Assembly: GCA_023336875.1 (NCBI GenBank)
Contig: JAMBLH010000087.1
Coordinates: 1 to 36,392 of the forward strand
Length of the DNA stretch: 36,392 nucleotides
Direction of reading: 5' to 3'
Source of the DNA: Actinomycetes bacterium
Lineage (GTDB): Bacteria > Actinomycetota > Acidimicrobiia > Spongiisociales > UBA5794
Below are positions 1 through 8,961 of the stretch, one piece after another. The stretch's first letter is position 1. Each line of letters begins with the position of its first letter. Below the pieces are notes generated by a model that worked only from the letters and a program-made list of their open reading frames with translations, had not been told where the DNA came from and ran no database searches. Made by a program: the position numbers and the translations under genes.

Positions 1-3000
1 AACTGTGAACTGTGAACAGTCTCGCGTGTGTCGTCCTCTGGTGGCTCCGGTCGCAACACCCAGAACGACTTGACGGCTTCGTCCCAGTCGGTGAGGAGTT
101 CTGTTCCCCTGCGGGAGCGGGTGCGAGCAACGTGTACTTGGACCATCTCCTTGAGCTCTGCAGCATCCTCGTCACCCAGCCGCTTCGGCGAGGGCGCGGA
201 AGCAGAGACATGAGCCTTGACCGATGTATCGACATCATGGAGGAAGAGCACTCCTCCTGTCATCCCTGCTGCGATGTTCCTGCCGGCCGGTCCAAGGACC
301 GCCACTTTTCCTCCGGTCATGTACTCACAGGGATGATCCGACGTACCCTCGACGACTGCGGTTGCGCCCGAGTTTCGCACCGCAAAGCGCTGGCCGACAA
401 CACCAGCGACGTAGAGATCTCCGCCCGTTGCGCCATACAAGCAAGCGTTCCCTGCGCCCTGTGGGACTGTTGACGACTCAGTGAACGGGCGGATCGAGAT
501 CGTGCCACCACCCATTCCCTTCCCGACGTAGTCGTTCCCAACGCCATCGAGCTCGATGTCGACACCTCTACTCAGGAACGCTCCGAGTGATTGCCCTGCT
601 GTGCCGGAGAGCCGAATGTGAAGTCCTCCGTCGCTGAGGCCGGCGTCGCCATTGATCTCTGCGATCTCTCCGGACAGTCGAGTCCCCACCGACCGATCAG
701 TATTCGCGATCGGGAACGCCACAGAAACGGGGCCATCGCCGCGCAGGACAATCCTCCCGGCCTCAGCGAGCTGCTCGCCAAGTTGGGAGCGCTCGACCCG
801 TCTGAAGCTGCGATCCTGGCCGAAGTCCGCTCGGACCAGAAGCGATTCCAGATCTGCGCCCACCCCACCTCCGATCGATCCGAGTAGATCACCTCTTCCC
901 ACGATCTCATCGACCGTACGCGCGCCGATCGATGCAAGAATCCGTCTGACATCCATGGCGATCAACCTGAACAGCTGGATCACCTGCTCGACCGATCCCG
1001 AGTACTTCGCCCTGAGATCGTCTCGCTGTGTCGCGATTCCAACCGGACACGTGTTCTCATGACACTGTCTGACCATTTTGCAGCCGAGTGCCAGCAGAGG
1101 AAGCGTGCCGAACCCGTATCGCTCCGCACCAAGCATCGCCGCAACGACAACATCCTTGCCTGTGCGGAGACCGCCGTCGGTCTCGAGCAGCACAGAGGAG
1201 CGGAGTCCGTTCGCCACCAGGGACTGGTGCGTTTCAGCCAGTCCGATCTCCCAGGGCGATCCGGCATGCTTCATCGAGACGATCGGAGATGCGCCAGTGC
1301 CCCCGGCGTTGCCAGAAATCGTGATCGCGTCAGCCGAGGCCTTCGCGACCCCAACAGCAATAGTTCCAACTCCTGGACCCGAAACAAGCTTCACCGAGAC
1401 CCTTGCGAGCGGTTTGAAGGTCTTGAGGTCATATATGAGCTGAGCAAGGTCTTCGATCGAGTAGATGTCGTGGTGCGGGGGCGGCGAAATCAGCGTGACG
1501 CCAGGCTCGGTGTGGCGCAGCTCTGCGATCTCCGGTGTCACTTTGTGACCAGGGAGCTGGCCACCCTCCCCCGGCTTGGATCCCTGGGCCATCTTGATCT
1601 GGAACTCCTCTGCAGAGGCGAGATATCCAGGAGTTACGCCAAAACGCCCACTTGCGATCTGCTTGATCTGTGAATTCAGCTTGGTGCCGAATCGAGAGGA
1701 GTCCTCGCCGCCCTCGCCCGAGTTGGACATGCCACCAATGTGGTTCATGGCTTCGGCAAGCGTCTCGTGTGCCTCTTTCGATAACGCACCCATCGACATT
1801 GCAGCTGTGACGAATCGACGCATGATCCGCTCGACGGGCTCGACGTCGTCACTTGGGATCGGATCTCCGACACTGTCGACAGTGAGGAGATCGCGAAGCT
1901 CCATCACCGGCCTCTCCTCATCGATGAGATTCAGATATTTGTCGTACACCTCGATGTCGCCGGACCGAACAGCCTTCTGAAGGGCAAGGACCGCACGGGG
2001 GGCAGCGATATGGGGGACACCACCCCTGCGGTGCTTGTAGTACCCCTCGATCTCCTCCTCCCCGCTGACATAGCGGCGATGGCGGACGATCACATCCTGC
2101 GCAATCTTGTCGAATCCGACGCCACCGATGCGGCGCTGTGTGAACCGGAACCCAAGATCGCACACCTCCTCGTCAAGCCCGATCGCCTCGAAGAGCTCAG
2201 ACGACCGGTAGGACTTGACTGTGCAAATGCCCATCTTGGACATGATCTTCAACAGCCCCTGTTCAAGGCTCAGCCTGTAGTTCTCCTGGGCTTCGACCGC
2301 GCCGAGCGGCACCTCGTCAGACACAGCCATTGCACGGACCTGTTCAATGGCGAGATACGGGTTGACCGCGGCAGCACCGAAGCCCATGAGACACGCAAGG
2401 TCGTGGGCATCCCTTGGCTCACCCGATACCGCGATGATCGAGGCATGGAGACGCAGGCCAACATCAATCAGGTGATGGTGGACCGCACCAACCGCGAGAG
2501 CGATTGGAATCGCGGCATGACGTTCGTCCGTCGACCTGTCAGAGAGCATCACGATCGTTGCGCCGTCGCGAACAACGGCCTCGACCTCCGCGCAGATCTC
2601 GTTCACGGCGGAGACCATTCCTGTCGCGCCACCAGCCGGATCGAAGAGGATGTCGAACCATTCCGATCTGAATGACGGATCATCTGATGTTCGTAGTGCT
2701 TCAAGATCAGCGTCAGAGAGCACCGGCGACGTCAGCTCCATCATGTGAGCCTGTTGGGGAGTCTCCTCAAGGAACGACCCATGTCTCCCGACGTAGGTGC
2801 GAAGAGACATCACCAGTTTCTCCCTGATGGGATCCATTGGAGGATTCGTCACCTGGGCAAAGGCCTGATGGAAATACCGGGTCAGCCTCTGCGGTAGTTC
2901 AGACAAGGCGGCAAGGCCGGTGTCGTGGCCCATCGACAGGATCGGTTCTTTGCCCTCGGTCATCTGTTGAAGGAGAAGTCTCCGCTCCTCAGCGGTGTAG

Positions 3001-4376
3001 CCGAACACCCTGCTCAGCGCTCCGGCATCGAAGCGTTCATCCTGGAGGTCGTCGAAAGGATCACGAACGTACGCCGTCTCTGTCGTGAGCCAGTTGGCGT
3101 AGGGCCGGTGATTCGCAAGTCGCGTCTTAACCTCGGCTGAGAAGGCAATCGATCCATCGTCGAGATCAACAGAAAGAATCTCACCTGGGCCGAGCTGGCC
3201 GGTGTCCACAGCGAGAACCTCCACTTCGGGAGCGATCCCCGCTTCCGAAGCCACAAGGACTGTGTCCGGTGTGACGGTCCAGCGCGCAGGTCGAAGGCCG
3301 TTGCGGTCAAGGCCTGCAATCAGCGTCCTGCCATCGGTTGCGGCGATCGCTGCTGGGCCGTCCCATGGTTCTGTGAGAAAGGCATGGTATTCGTAGAACG
3401 CCTTGAGATTGGGGTCGAGATCCGTGACGTTCTCCCATGCCTGGGGGATCAACATCTCCTTGACATGGGCAACGTCTCGACCCGACCGGACCAGTACCTC
3501 CATTGCCTCGTCGAGGCTCGCCGAGTCACTTCCAATGCCCGCACGAACCAGCGGAGCGAGATCAGGGGTCCTGTCCCCCCAAATGCCTTCACCCAGATCG
3601 TTGGATCTCGCGGCCATCCATGCGCGATTCGCCTGCACCGTGTTGATCTCGCCATTGTGTGCAAGCATTCGGAATGGTTGTGCAAGAGCCCACGAAGGCT
3701 CGGTGTTCGTCGAATATCTCTGATGGAATATCACGAAATCCGATTCGAACATCGGATCACGCAGATCCCAATAGAACTGCTCAATGGTGTCCGCAGTGAA
3801 GAGGCCCTTGTACACGATGGTCCTTGCCGAGGCGGAGACAACCGCGAATCCGTCAACGTCATCCACACGCTCGATCTGTTTCCTCGCCAGGAACAGAGCC
3901 TTCTCGAGACCCTCCTGATCGAGGATCGTGGTCCCTGCCTGGACGATCGCCTGGGAGATGATCGGGAGGGATGCAGTTGCGGTCTCTGACAGGACGTTCG
4001 GACCGGTGGGAACCGTTCGCCAGAGAAGGAGCTTGATGCCGTTGGCCTCCAGGGCATTCTCTATGAGGAGCTTTTGAGGATCGACAGAGTCCTTGGGCAG
4101 GAAGGCCATCACCACACCCATCCGGTCACGGTCCGGAACCTTGATACCGTGCGCCCTGAGTTCGCGCTCGAGTAGTCGATAGGGGAGCCTTGTCATGATT
4201 CCCGCCCCATCGCCTGTGCCGTCTGCCGAACGGGCGCCCCTGTGGTCCAGTGCATGGAGGCACTGAACGCCAAGCCTCACAATGCGATGGGATGCAGCTG
4301 CATGTCGATCCGCAATGAAGCCGACACCGCACGCGTCGTGGTGTTGCAGGGGGTTATAGAGGGGAAAACGGTTCAC
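1..4376 (-). CDS. gltB: glutamate synthase large subunit, C-terminal end cut by window edge
   Basis: Not in the supplied ORF track because the frame leaves the left edge without a stop. My translation of the minus strand from GTG 4376 gives VNRFPLYNPLQHHDACGVGFIADRHAAASHRIVRLGVQCLHALDHRGA. This is the Ntn-amidotransferase N-terminus of GltB, with the processed Cys in DACGVGF. GGAGA lies 7 nt upstream and an in-frame TGA lies 11 codons upstream. At the left edge the same frame reads ELLTDWDEAVKSFWVLRPEPPEDDTRETVHSSQ, which resembles the extreme GltB C-terminus. None of the listed minus-strand ORFs in 1-4376 is in this frame, consistent with one open frame of about 1458 codons. I did not hand-translate every codon. 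Confidence 0.9.
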   Translation of the reverse strand, partial: MNRFPLYNPLQHHDACGVGFIADRHAAASHRIVRLGVQCLHALDHRGARSADGTGDGAGIMTRLPYRLLERELRAHGIKVPDRDRMGVVMAFLPKDSVDPQKLLIENALEANGIKLLLWRTVPTGPNVLSETATASLPIISQAIVQAGTTILDQEGLEKALFLARKQIERVDDVDGFAVVSASARTIVYKGLFTADTIEQFYWDLRDPMFESDFVIFHQRYSTNTEPSWALAQPFRMLAHNGEINTVQANRAWMAARSNDLGEGIWGDRTPDLAPLVRAGIGSDSASLDEAMEVLVRSGRDVAHVKEMLIPQAWENVTDLDPNLKAFYEYHAFLTEPWDGPAAIAATDGRTLIAGLDRNGLRPARWTVTPDTVLVASEAGIAPEVEVLAVDTGQLGPGEILSVDLDDGSIAFSAEVKTRLANHRPYANWLTTETAYVRDPFDDLQDERFDAGALSRVFGYTAEERRLLLQQMTEGKEPILSMGHDTGLAALSELPQRLTRYFHQAFAQVTNPPMDPIREKLVMSLRTYVGRHGSFLEETPQQAHMMELTSPVLSDADLEALRTSDDPSFRSEWFDILFDPAGGATGMVSAVNEICAEVEAVVRDGATIVMLSDRSTDERHAAIPIALAVGAVHHHLIDVGLRLHASIIAVSGEPRDAHDLACLMGFGAAAVNPYLAIEQVRAMAVSDEVPLGAVEAQENYRLSLEQGLLKIMSKMGICTVKSYRSSELFEAIGLDEEVCDLGFRFTQRRIGGVGFDKIAQDVIVRHRRYVSGEEEIEGYYKHRRGGVPHIAAPRAVLALQKAVRSGDIEVYDKYLNLIDEERPVMELRDLLTVDSVGDPIPSDDVEPVERIMRRFVTAAMSMGALSKEAHETLAEAMNHIGGMSNSGEGGEDSSRFGTKLNSQIKQIASGRFGVTPGYLASAEEFQIKMAQGSKPGEGGQLPGHKVTPEIAELRHTEPGVTLISPPPHHDIYSIEDLAQLIYDLKTFKPLARVSVKLVSGPGVGTIAVGVAKASADAITISGNAGGTGASPIVSMKHAGSPWEIGLAETHQSLVANGLRSSVLLETDGGLRTGKDVVVAAMLGAERYGFGTLPLLALGCKMVRQCHENTCPVGIATQRDDLRAKYSGSVEQVIQLFRLIAMDVRRILASIGARTVDEIVGRGDLLGSIGGGVGADLESLLVRADFGQDRSFRRVERSQLGEQLAEAGRIVLRGDGPVSVAFPIANTDRSVGTRLSGEIAEINGDAGLSDGGLHIRLSGTAGQSLGAFLSRGVDIELDGVGNDYVGKGMGGGTISIRPFTESSTVPQGAGNACLYGATGGDLYVAGVVGQRFAVRNSGATAVVEGTSDHPCEYMTGGKVAVLGPAGRNIAAGMTGGVLFLHDVDTSVKAHVSASAPSPKRLGDEDAAELKEMVQVHVARTRSRRGTELLTDWDEAVKSFWVLRPEPPEDDTRETVHSSQ

Positions 4377-4411
4377 TCGCCCATCTCCGTTGGGGCGCAG
4401 AAGGTATCACT

Positions 4412-4427
4412 TGTGAATTGGTTCACA
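4412..4427 (-). promoter_or_regulatory. perfect CRP/GlxR-family palindrome TGTGA-N6-TCACA upstream of gltB
   Basis: The sequence tTGTGAattggtTCACAa lies in the 72-nt spacer between the Eis-like stop (4449) and the gltB start (4376). Both half-sites match the CRP-family consensus exactly. Confidence 0.5.
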
Positions 4428-4448
4428 AAATCGGAGGACGCGGGTGTC

Positions 4449-5678
4449 CTAGAAAACCTGGTTACACCACGGCTGCTGCGCGGTCCGAAACAGCTGGTGC
4501 ATATGGGCCGCAGCCCTTGCATCCGCCCGTAGTCGGCCGGCGGCGAGGTACCCAAGCGCGTCTCCACCTCCGAGATACAGTGCGCCAAGTACGTCGAGAT
4601 CCACACTGATGTCCGTTTCGGCTTCGATTCGCGCGCACGACGCAACGCCTCCTGTGACTGCCAGCTCGTAACTGCCCTCAACATCTGGGCGGAACGCATT
4701 CGTCACCGCGAAGCGCACTGATCCATCCTGCTCGTACCTACGCGCTTCGAGCGCGGTTGTCACATCAAGGATCAGAATCCATAGTGCGTCGAATTGGCTG
4801 TCCACTTTGATCCGCCTCGGCTCGACGAGCTTCATCGCGAGGGGATCGTCGATCCTGCTGTTCCAAAGCCGCACGTTTGGACTGCCGTCGATGTTCGTGA
4901 GATAGGACCACAGGGACGCGTGAGCACGTTCACTCGCGGTAGTGACCTCATCGATGTGCACCGTCTTGCCCGAATGCCCGTCGTCGCTGTCCCCGGCTTC
5001 GTGACGGTAGATAGCGTATCCATCCGGGCCATCAGGAGTCTCGTGCACGACGACCCGGAGAGACGTCCTTCCCCGCTTCCTCCAATCGGTATCGTGGAGC
5101 ACCTCCAACTCCCACCACTCCGTTGAACGCGAATACATCCCAGATGTCTGTGGGAGGACCTTGTCAAACACCGGGGGCAGCACCGCCAGCGCGTCTTCGA
5201 CACTGATCCGTCTCACCCGGTCGATATCGATCCCATCTCGGAAACGGATGTCTCTGGCCACCATCGTGATCGTGTCGGCGTACGTCGCGATCCCGTAGCC
5301 ATAGCGGCCGTAGATACTCGACTCCGACGCCCAAAGGCCTGCAATGGCGTAGCCGTTGTCCACGGCATTCTCAAGGTGCAATCGCATCATCTCGTTCATC
5401 AATCCCATGCGTCGGTGCGTGGGAAACACCGTCACGGCAGTTGTGCCTTCCATCGGAATCGTGCCACCAGGAATCGTGAGGTCGACGGCCAATCCAGCGA
5501 ACGTCCCAACAATCTCATCGCCCTCGAACGCGCCGAGCGTACGCTCAGGGGGATGGATCGTGCGAATGAGATCTGTGAAATCGTCGTCAGGAACATCCAC
5601 AGAAAAGCCATCAACGAGCGCCTTTGCAAAGGCGGGGTACTCATCTTCGGCGATTGGGCGATAGTCAATCTCGGGCAT
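4449..5678 (-). CDS. Eis-like GNAT N-acetyltransferase (GNAT domains plus SCP2-like C-terminal domain)
   Basis: 409-aa ORF. The N-terminal GNAT core reads VFPTHRRMGLMNEMM. Length and overall pattern are typical of the Eis/UPF0256 family. ATG start at 5678. Confidence 0.75.
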   Translation of the reverse strand: MPEIDYRPIAEDEYPAFAKALVDGFSVDVPDDDFTDLIRTIHPPERTLGAFEGDEIVGTFAGLAVDLTIPGGTIPMEGTTAVTVFPTHRRMGLMNEMMRLHLENAVDNGYAIAGLWASESSIYGRYGYGIATYADTITMVARDIRFRDGIDIDRVRRISVEDALAVLPPVFDKVLPQTSGMYSRSTEWWELEVLHDTDWRKRGRTSLRVVVHETPDGPDGYAIYRHEAGDSDDGHSGKTVHIDEVTTASERAHASLWSYLTNIDGSPNVRLWNSRIDDPLAMKLVEPRRIKVDSQFDALWILILDVTTALEARRYEQDGSVRFAVTNAFRPDVEGSYELAVTGGVASCARIEAETDISVDLDVLGALYLGGGDALGYLAAGRLRADARAAAHMHQLFRTAQQPWCNQVF

Positions 5679-5684
5679 GGCGGA

Positions 5685-5694
5685 ACACTAGTGT
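5685..5694. promoter_or_regulatory. 10-bp perfect palindrome ACACTAGTGT containing a TANNNT -10-like hexamer on each strand
   Basis: It lies in the 40-bp divergent spacer between the Eis-like ATG (5678) and the LLM ATG (5719). On the minus strand TAGTGT is followed by 6 nt and then the Eis ATG, which is leaderless geometry with no SD. On the plus strand TAGTGT (5689-5694) precedes GAAGGAG and the LLM ATG. Confidence 0.3.
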
Positions 5695-5718
5695 CATGCC
5701 AACCCGCGAAGGAGCACG

Positions 5719-6498
5719 ATGCCAGACGTACGAATCGCAGTTCAGCTTCATCCACAGCACGCTGACTACTCCGAGATCCGCAGCGCAGCCTCGAAAGCTG
5801 AGGAACTCGGTGTCGACGTTCTCTACAACTGGGACCACTTCTTCCCTTTGTACGGCGGAGAACCGGATCCGAACGATGGTATGCACTATGAGTGCTGGAC
5901 GATGCTCGGAGCATGGGCCGAAGCCACGGAGAAGGTCAAGATCGGTGCGTTGGTCACATGCAACAGCTACCGGAATCCCCAGCTGCTTGCTGACATGGCA
6001 CGAACGGTCGATGTGATCTCAGGCGGTCGATTGATCTTCGGCATCGGTAGCGGCTGGTTCGAGAAGGACTATGACGAATACGGATACGAATTCGGGACCG
6101 CGATCGGAAGGCTCAATACACTCGACGCTGCAATGCCGATCATCAAGGACCGACTCGCCAAGCTCGATCCACCGCCAACTGGGAAACTGCCGATACTGAT
6201 CGGTGGCGGCGGGGAGAAGGTCACGCTTCGGATCGTCTCGGAGTACGCCGACATCTGGCATGGTTTCGGGAGTCCTGAGACCTTCGTCCACAAGTCGGGC
6301 GTCCTGGACGGGTGGTGTGACAAGACCGGGAGGAATCGATTTGCTGTCGAGCGGTCCGTCGGTGTCGAGACGAAGTATGCGGAGCGTCTCGACGAATACG
6401 CCGCGGCGGGTGCCAAAGAGATCACGTTCGGACTCAACGGCCCCGACTACGACATGGGAGTCGTCACAGAGGCGATCGCGTGGAGGGACGGGAAGTAA
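5719..6498 (+). CDS. LLM-class (luciferase-like) F420/flavin-dependent oxidoreductase
   Basis: 259-aa ORF. Pattern is YNWDHFFP...[23 protein letters not shown]...[23 protein letters not shown], typical of the LLM F420-dependent family. GAAGGAG SD lies upstream of the ATG. Confidence 0.75.
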   Translation: MPDVRIAVQLHPQHADYSEIRSAASKAEELGVDVLYNWDHFFPLYGGEPDPNDGMHYECWTMLGAWAEATEKVKIGALVTCNSYRNPQLLADMARTVDVISGGRLIFGIGSGWFEKDYDEYGYEFGTAIGRLNTLDAAMPIIKDRLAKLDPPPTGKLPILIGGGGEKVTLRIVSEYADIWHGFGSPETFVHKSGVLDGWCDKTGRNRFAVERSVGVETKYAERLDEYAAAGAKEITFGLNGPDYDMGVVTEAIAWRDGK

Positions 6499-6527
6499 GA
6501 ATTAGACGGCAGACGGAACCGTTCTGT

Positions 6528-7169
6528 CTACGTCGTGAAGCGGCGGACGGAGGGTGGAAGGGGGATGCCGTCGCCGAGATCTGGCGCTGGAATCGGATCG
6601 CCCGCGTGCAGTGCCAGCGGGATAACACCCGCCCAGATACCGAGATTCATGTCCTCTGCATCGTCCCCAGGAGGGCCGGTCCTGACCTTTGCTGATGCCT
6701 CGACGATGTCGAGCGCAAGGAGTTTCGTGCCTTTGTCCTCCTTCTCGTTGGGCCGGCGGGCCTCATCCCATCTACCAGGAATGACATGGTTCGTGATTGC
6801 AGCGAATGCAGCTAGTCGCTCTTCGGGGTCGTCCACGATCCTTGGCACTCCGAACACCATCACACTGCGATAGTTCAGCGAGTGGTGGAAAGCCGAGCGA
6901 GCCGCAACGATCCCATCGACGATCGTCACAGTGACACACACCTGCTCGCCAACTGTGCTCCGCATCATCCGCGAGGCGTGGGAACCATGGAGATAGAGCA
7001 CATCGTCAAGACGCGCATGAATCGTCGGGATGGCGAAGGGACCCTGATCGGTCTCAAATGCGAGGTGACAGATAAGCGCTTCATCGAGAATCTGATCGAT
7101 GACGTCCCTGTCGTACGCACCGCGCTCGGGCAGCCGGCGTACAGTCGATCGCTCGGATGAAGGTTGCAT
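6528..7169 (-). CDS. pyridoxamine 5'-phosphate oxidase (PNPOx)-like FMN/F420-binding family protein
   Basis: 213-aa ORF. Pattern is RLPERGAYDRDVIDQILDEALICHLAF...PFAIPTIHARLDDVLYLHGS, typical of the Pyridox_ox_2 family. Confidence 0.7.
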   Translation of the reverse strand: MQPSSERSTVRRLPERGAYDRDVIDQILDEALICHLAFETDQGPFAIPTIHARLDDVLYLHGSHASRMMRSTVGEQVCVTVTIVDGIVAARSAFHHSLNYRSVMVFGVPRIVDDPEERLAAFAAITNHVIPGRWDEARRPNEKEDKGTKLLALDIVEASAKVRTGPPGDDAEDMNLGIWAGVIPLALHAGDPIPAPDLGDGIPLPPSVRRFTT

Positions 7170-7185
7170 GACCGGATGCTATCCA

Positions 7186-8961
7186 TCACTTCGCACCACG
7201 CTGCCACACCTCGACTAGTTCTTTGTATCGGGGCGAACTCTCGACTAGCTCCGAGTGTGTTCCCTCGGCAATGATCCGGCCGCCATCGACCATGATCACG
7301 CGATCGGCCCTTTCAGCTGACCGGAGGCGATGTGCGATCACAACAGACGTGCGACCCGCGAGCAGGACGCGCAGGGCGCCCTCGACCTGTATCTCCGTCT
7401 CCGGATCGAGGTTGGATGTCGCCTCATCAAGCACGATGATCGACGGATCAGAAAGGAACGCCCGAGCCAGCGCTACGAGCTGTCTCTCACCAGCTGAGAA
7501 TCGTCCGCCACGCTCCCTTACCTCTGTATCGAGGCCCTCGGGCAAAGAACGCACCCAGTGGTCGATCCCCATGGCTCGCAGGACGTTCCACACTGCTTCA
7601 TCCGGCGCGCCGGGGTCGGCGTATGCAATGTTGTCACGCAGTGTCCCAGCGAAGAGGAACCCGTCCTGCGGGATGAGAGCCAGCGCGCCGGTTCGTGACC
7701 GCTCCGTGATGTCACGCAGATCGTTGCCATCGATAGCAACGACACCTGACTCCGGGTCGTAAAAGCGCATGATCAGCTTGGCAATGGTCGACTTTCCCGA
7801 CCCGGTCTCGCCCACAATCGCCACCCGCTCACCAGCGCCGACAATAACCGAGACAGCATCGAGCACCATCGTGTTGGGCTCGTAGGAGAACGACACAGTT
7901 TCGAGCGCAACCGACCCTGATACCGGCTCGGAGAGGTCGAAAGCACCTTGCTTGTCGTCGACAACCACCTTCTCGTCCATGAGTTCGAACAGTTTTGCGA
8001 TCGCCGCAAGCGCTGACTGCAGGAGGTTGTACACATTCGAGAGGTTGATGATGGGTTGGAAGAACCAGTCGAGGTACAGAAGGAAGGCAACAAGCGTTCC
8101 AATTGTCATCGTTCCGTTTAGGACACGCGAAGCCCCTATGCCAAGGGCGGCTGCGAGGGCGATGATCCTTAGGAACGCGACTACTGGGAAGTACCAGGAG
8201 ATCGCTCGCGCAGCGGCCATGTTGGCTTCAAAGTATCGTTCATTCACCCGACCGAAGGTCGACGCTTGTGCATCCTCCTGCGTGAAGGCCTGAACAACGC
8301 GAACGCCAGTGATCCCCTCCTGAAGCGTTGCAAGCACACTCCCGATCTGCTCCCTCACCTGGTCGTACGCCCGACGTGCCTGGCGTTGGAACAGCACGGT
8401 CACGCCAGCGAGTACGAACACAACAGCGAAGACAGTGAATGCCATCTGCCAATCAACAAGTACGAGGGCGAAAGCGACGCCTACGACTGTGAGCAGGTTC
8501 GTGAGCGCCAACACGGCTCCATCGGACGCAAACTCTTGTAGCGACTCGATGTCCGACGTCATCCGCGACACAAGCACCCCGCTCTTGGATCGGGAGTAGA
8601 AACCCATGTCCAGACGCAGTAGGCGCCCGAACACGACGGATCTCAGCCGGACCAGATAGCGCTCACCTACAATTGCGACGCTCCACTGGGCCGCGGCCGA
8701 TGCAAAATACTGCACCACAAGCAACCCGACATATATGGCCGCCGCGACGATGATCGTGCGCTTGTCCCCCTCCGTGATCCCATCATCGATGCCACCTCTG
8801 ATGATCAGCGGGCCGACTAGCCGGACGAGAGTCGCGACGGACGCAACCGCAATGGCGCCAATGAACTGCCACTTCAGATCCGGCGCGAGCCGTGCTGCGC
8901 GTGTGACGAGCCTGCCCGGCCGATCAACGCGATAGTCCCCTGCAGAACCCATGTACTTCAT
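7186..8961 (-). CDS. ABC exporter fused permease/ATPase, subunit with the consensus Walker B
   Basis: 591 aa with an N-terminal six-helix TMD pattern. Walker A is GETGSGKST, Walker B is IIVLDEATS and the H-loop is VIAHRL. The signature motif is degenerate (FSAGER rather than LSGGQ). Its ATG overlaps the upstream gene stop (ATGA at 8958-8961). Confidence 0.9.
   Translation of the reverse strand: MKYMGSAGDYRVDRPGRLVTRAARLAPDLKWQFIGAIAVASVATLVRLVGPLIIRGGIDDGITEGDKRTIIVAAAIYVGLLVVQYFASAAAQWSVAIVGERYLVRLRSVVFGRLLRLDMGFYSRSKSGVLVSRMTSDIESLQEFASDGAVLALTNLLTVVGVAFALVLVDWQMAFTVFAVVFVLAGVTVLFQRQARRAYDQVREQIGSVLATLQEGITGVRVVQAFTQEDAQASTFGRVNERYFEANMAAARAISWYFPVVAFLRIIALAAALGIGASRVLNGTMTIGTLVAFLLYLDWFFQPIINLSNVYNLLQSALAAIAKLFELMDEKVVVDDKQGAFDLSEPVSGSVALETVSFSYEPNTMVLDAVSVIVGAGERVAIVGETGSGKSTIAKLIMRFYDPESGVVAIDGNDLRDITERSRTGALALIPQDGFLFAGTLRDNIAYADPGAPDEAVWNVLRAMGIDHWVRSLPEGLDTEVRERGGRFSAGERQLVALARAFLSDPSIIVLDEATSNLDPETEIQVEGALRVLLAGRTSVVIAHRLRSAERADRVIMVDGGRIIAEGTHSELVESSPRYKELVEVWQRGAK

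Noticed and set aside
1-19. Direct repeat AACTGTG AACTGTG AAC at the very start of the window.
   Set aside because: It lies inside the gltB reading frame (it encodes ...TVHSSQ) and is only two and a half copies. Most likely coincidental.
6511-6529. Hairpin AGACGGAAC-C-GTTCTGTCT between the convergent LLM and PNPOx genes, considered as a bidirectional terminator.
   Set aside because: The loop is too small unless the stem opens, the stem contains a G-T pair, there is no T-tract on either side, and it overlaps the PNPOx stop codon. This is not enough for a terminator call.
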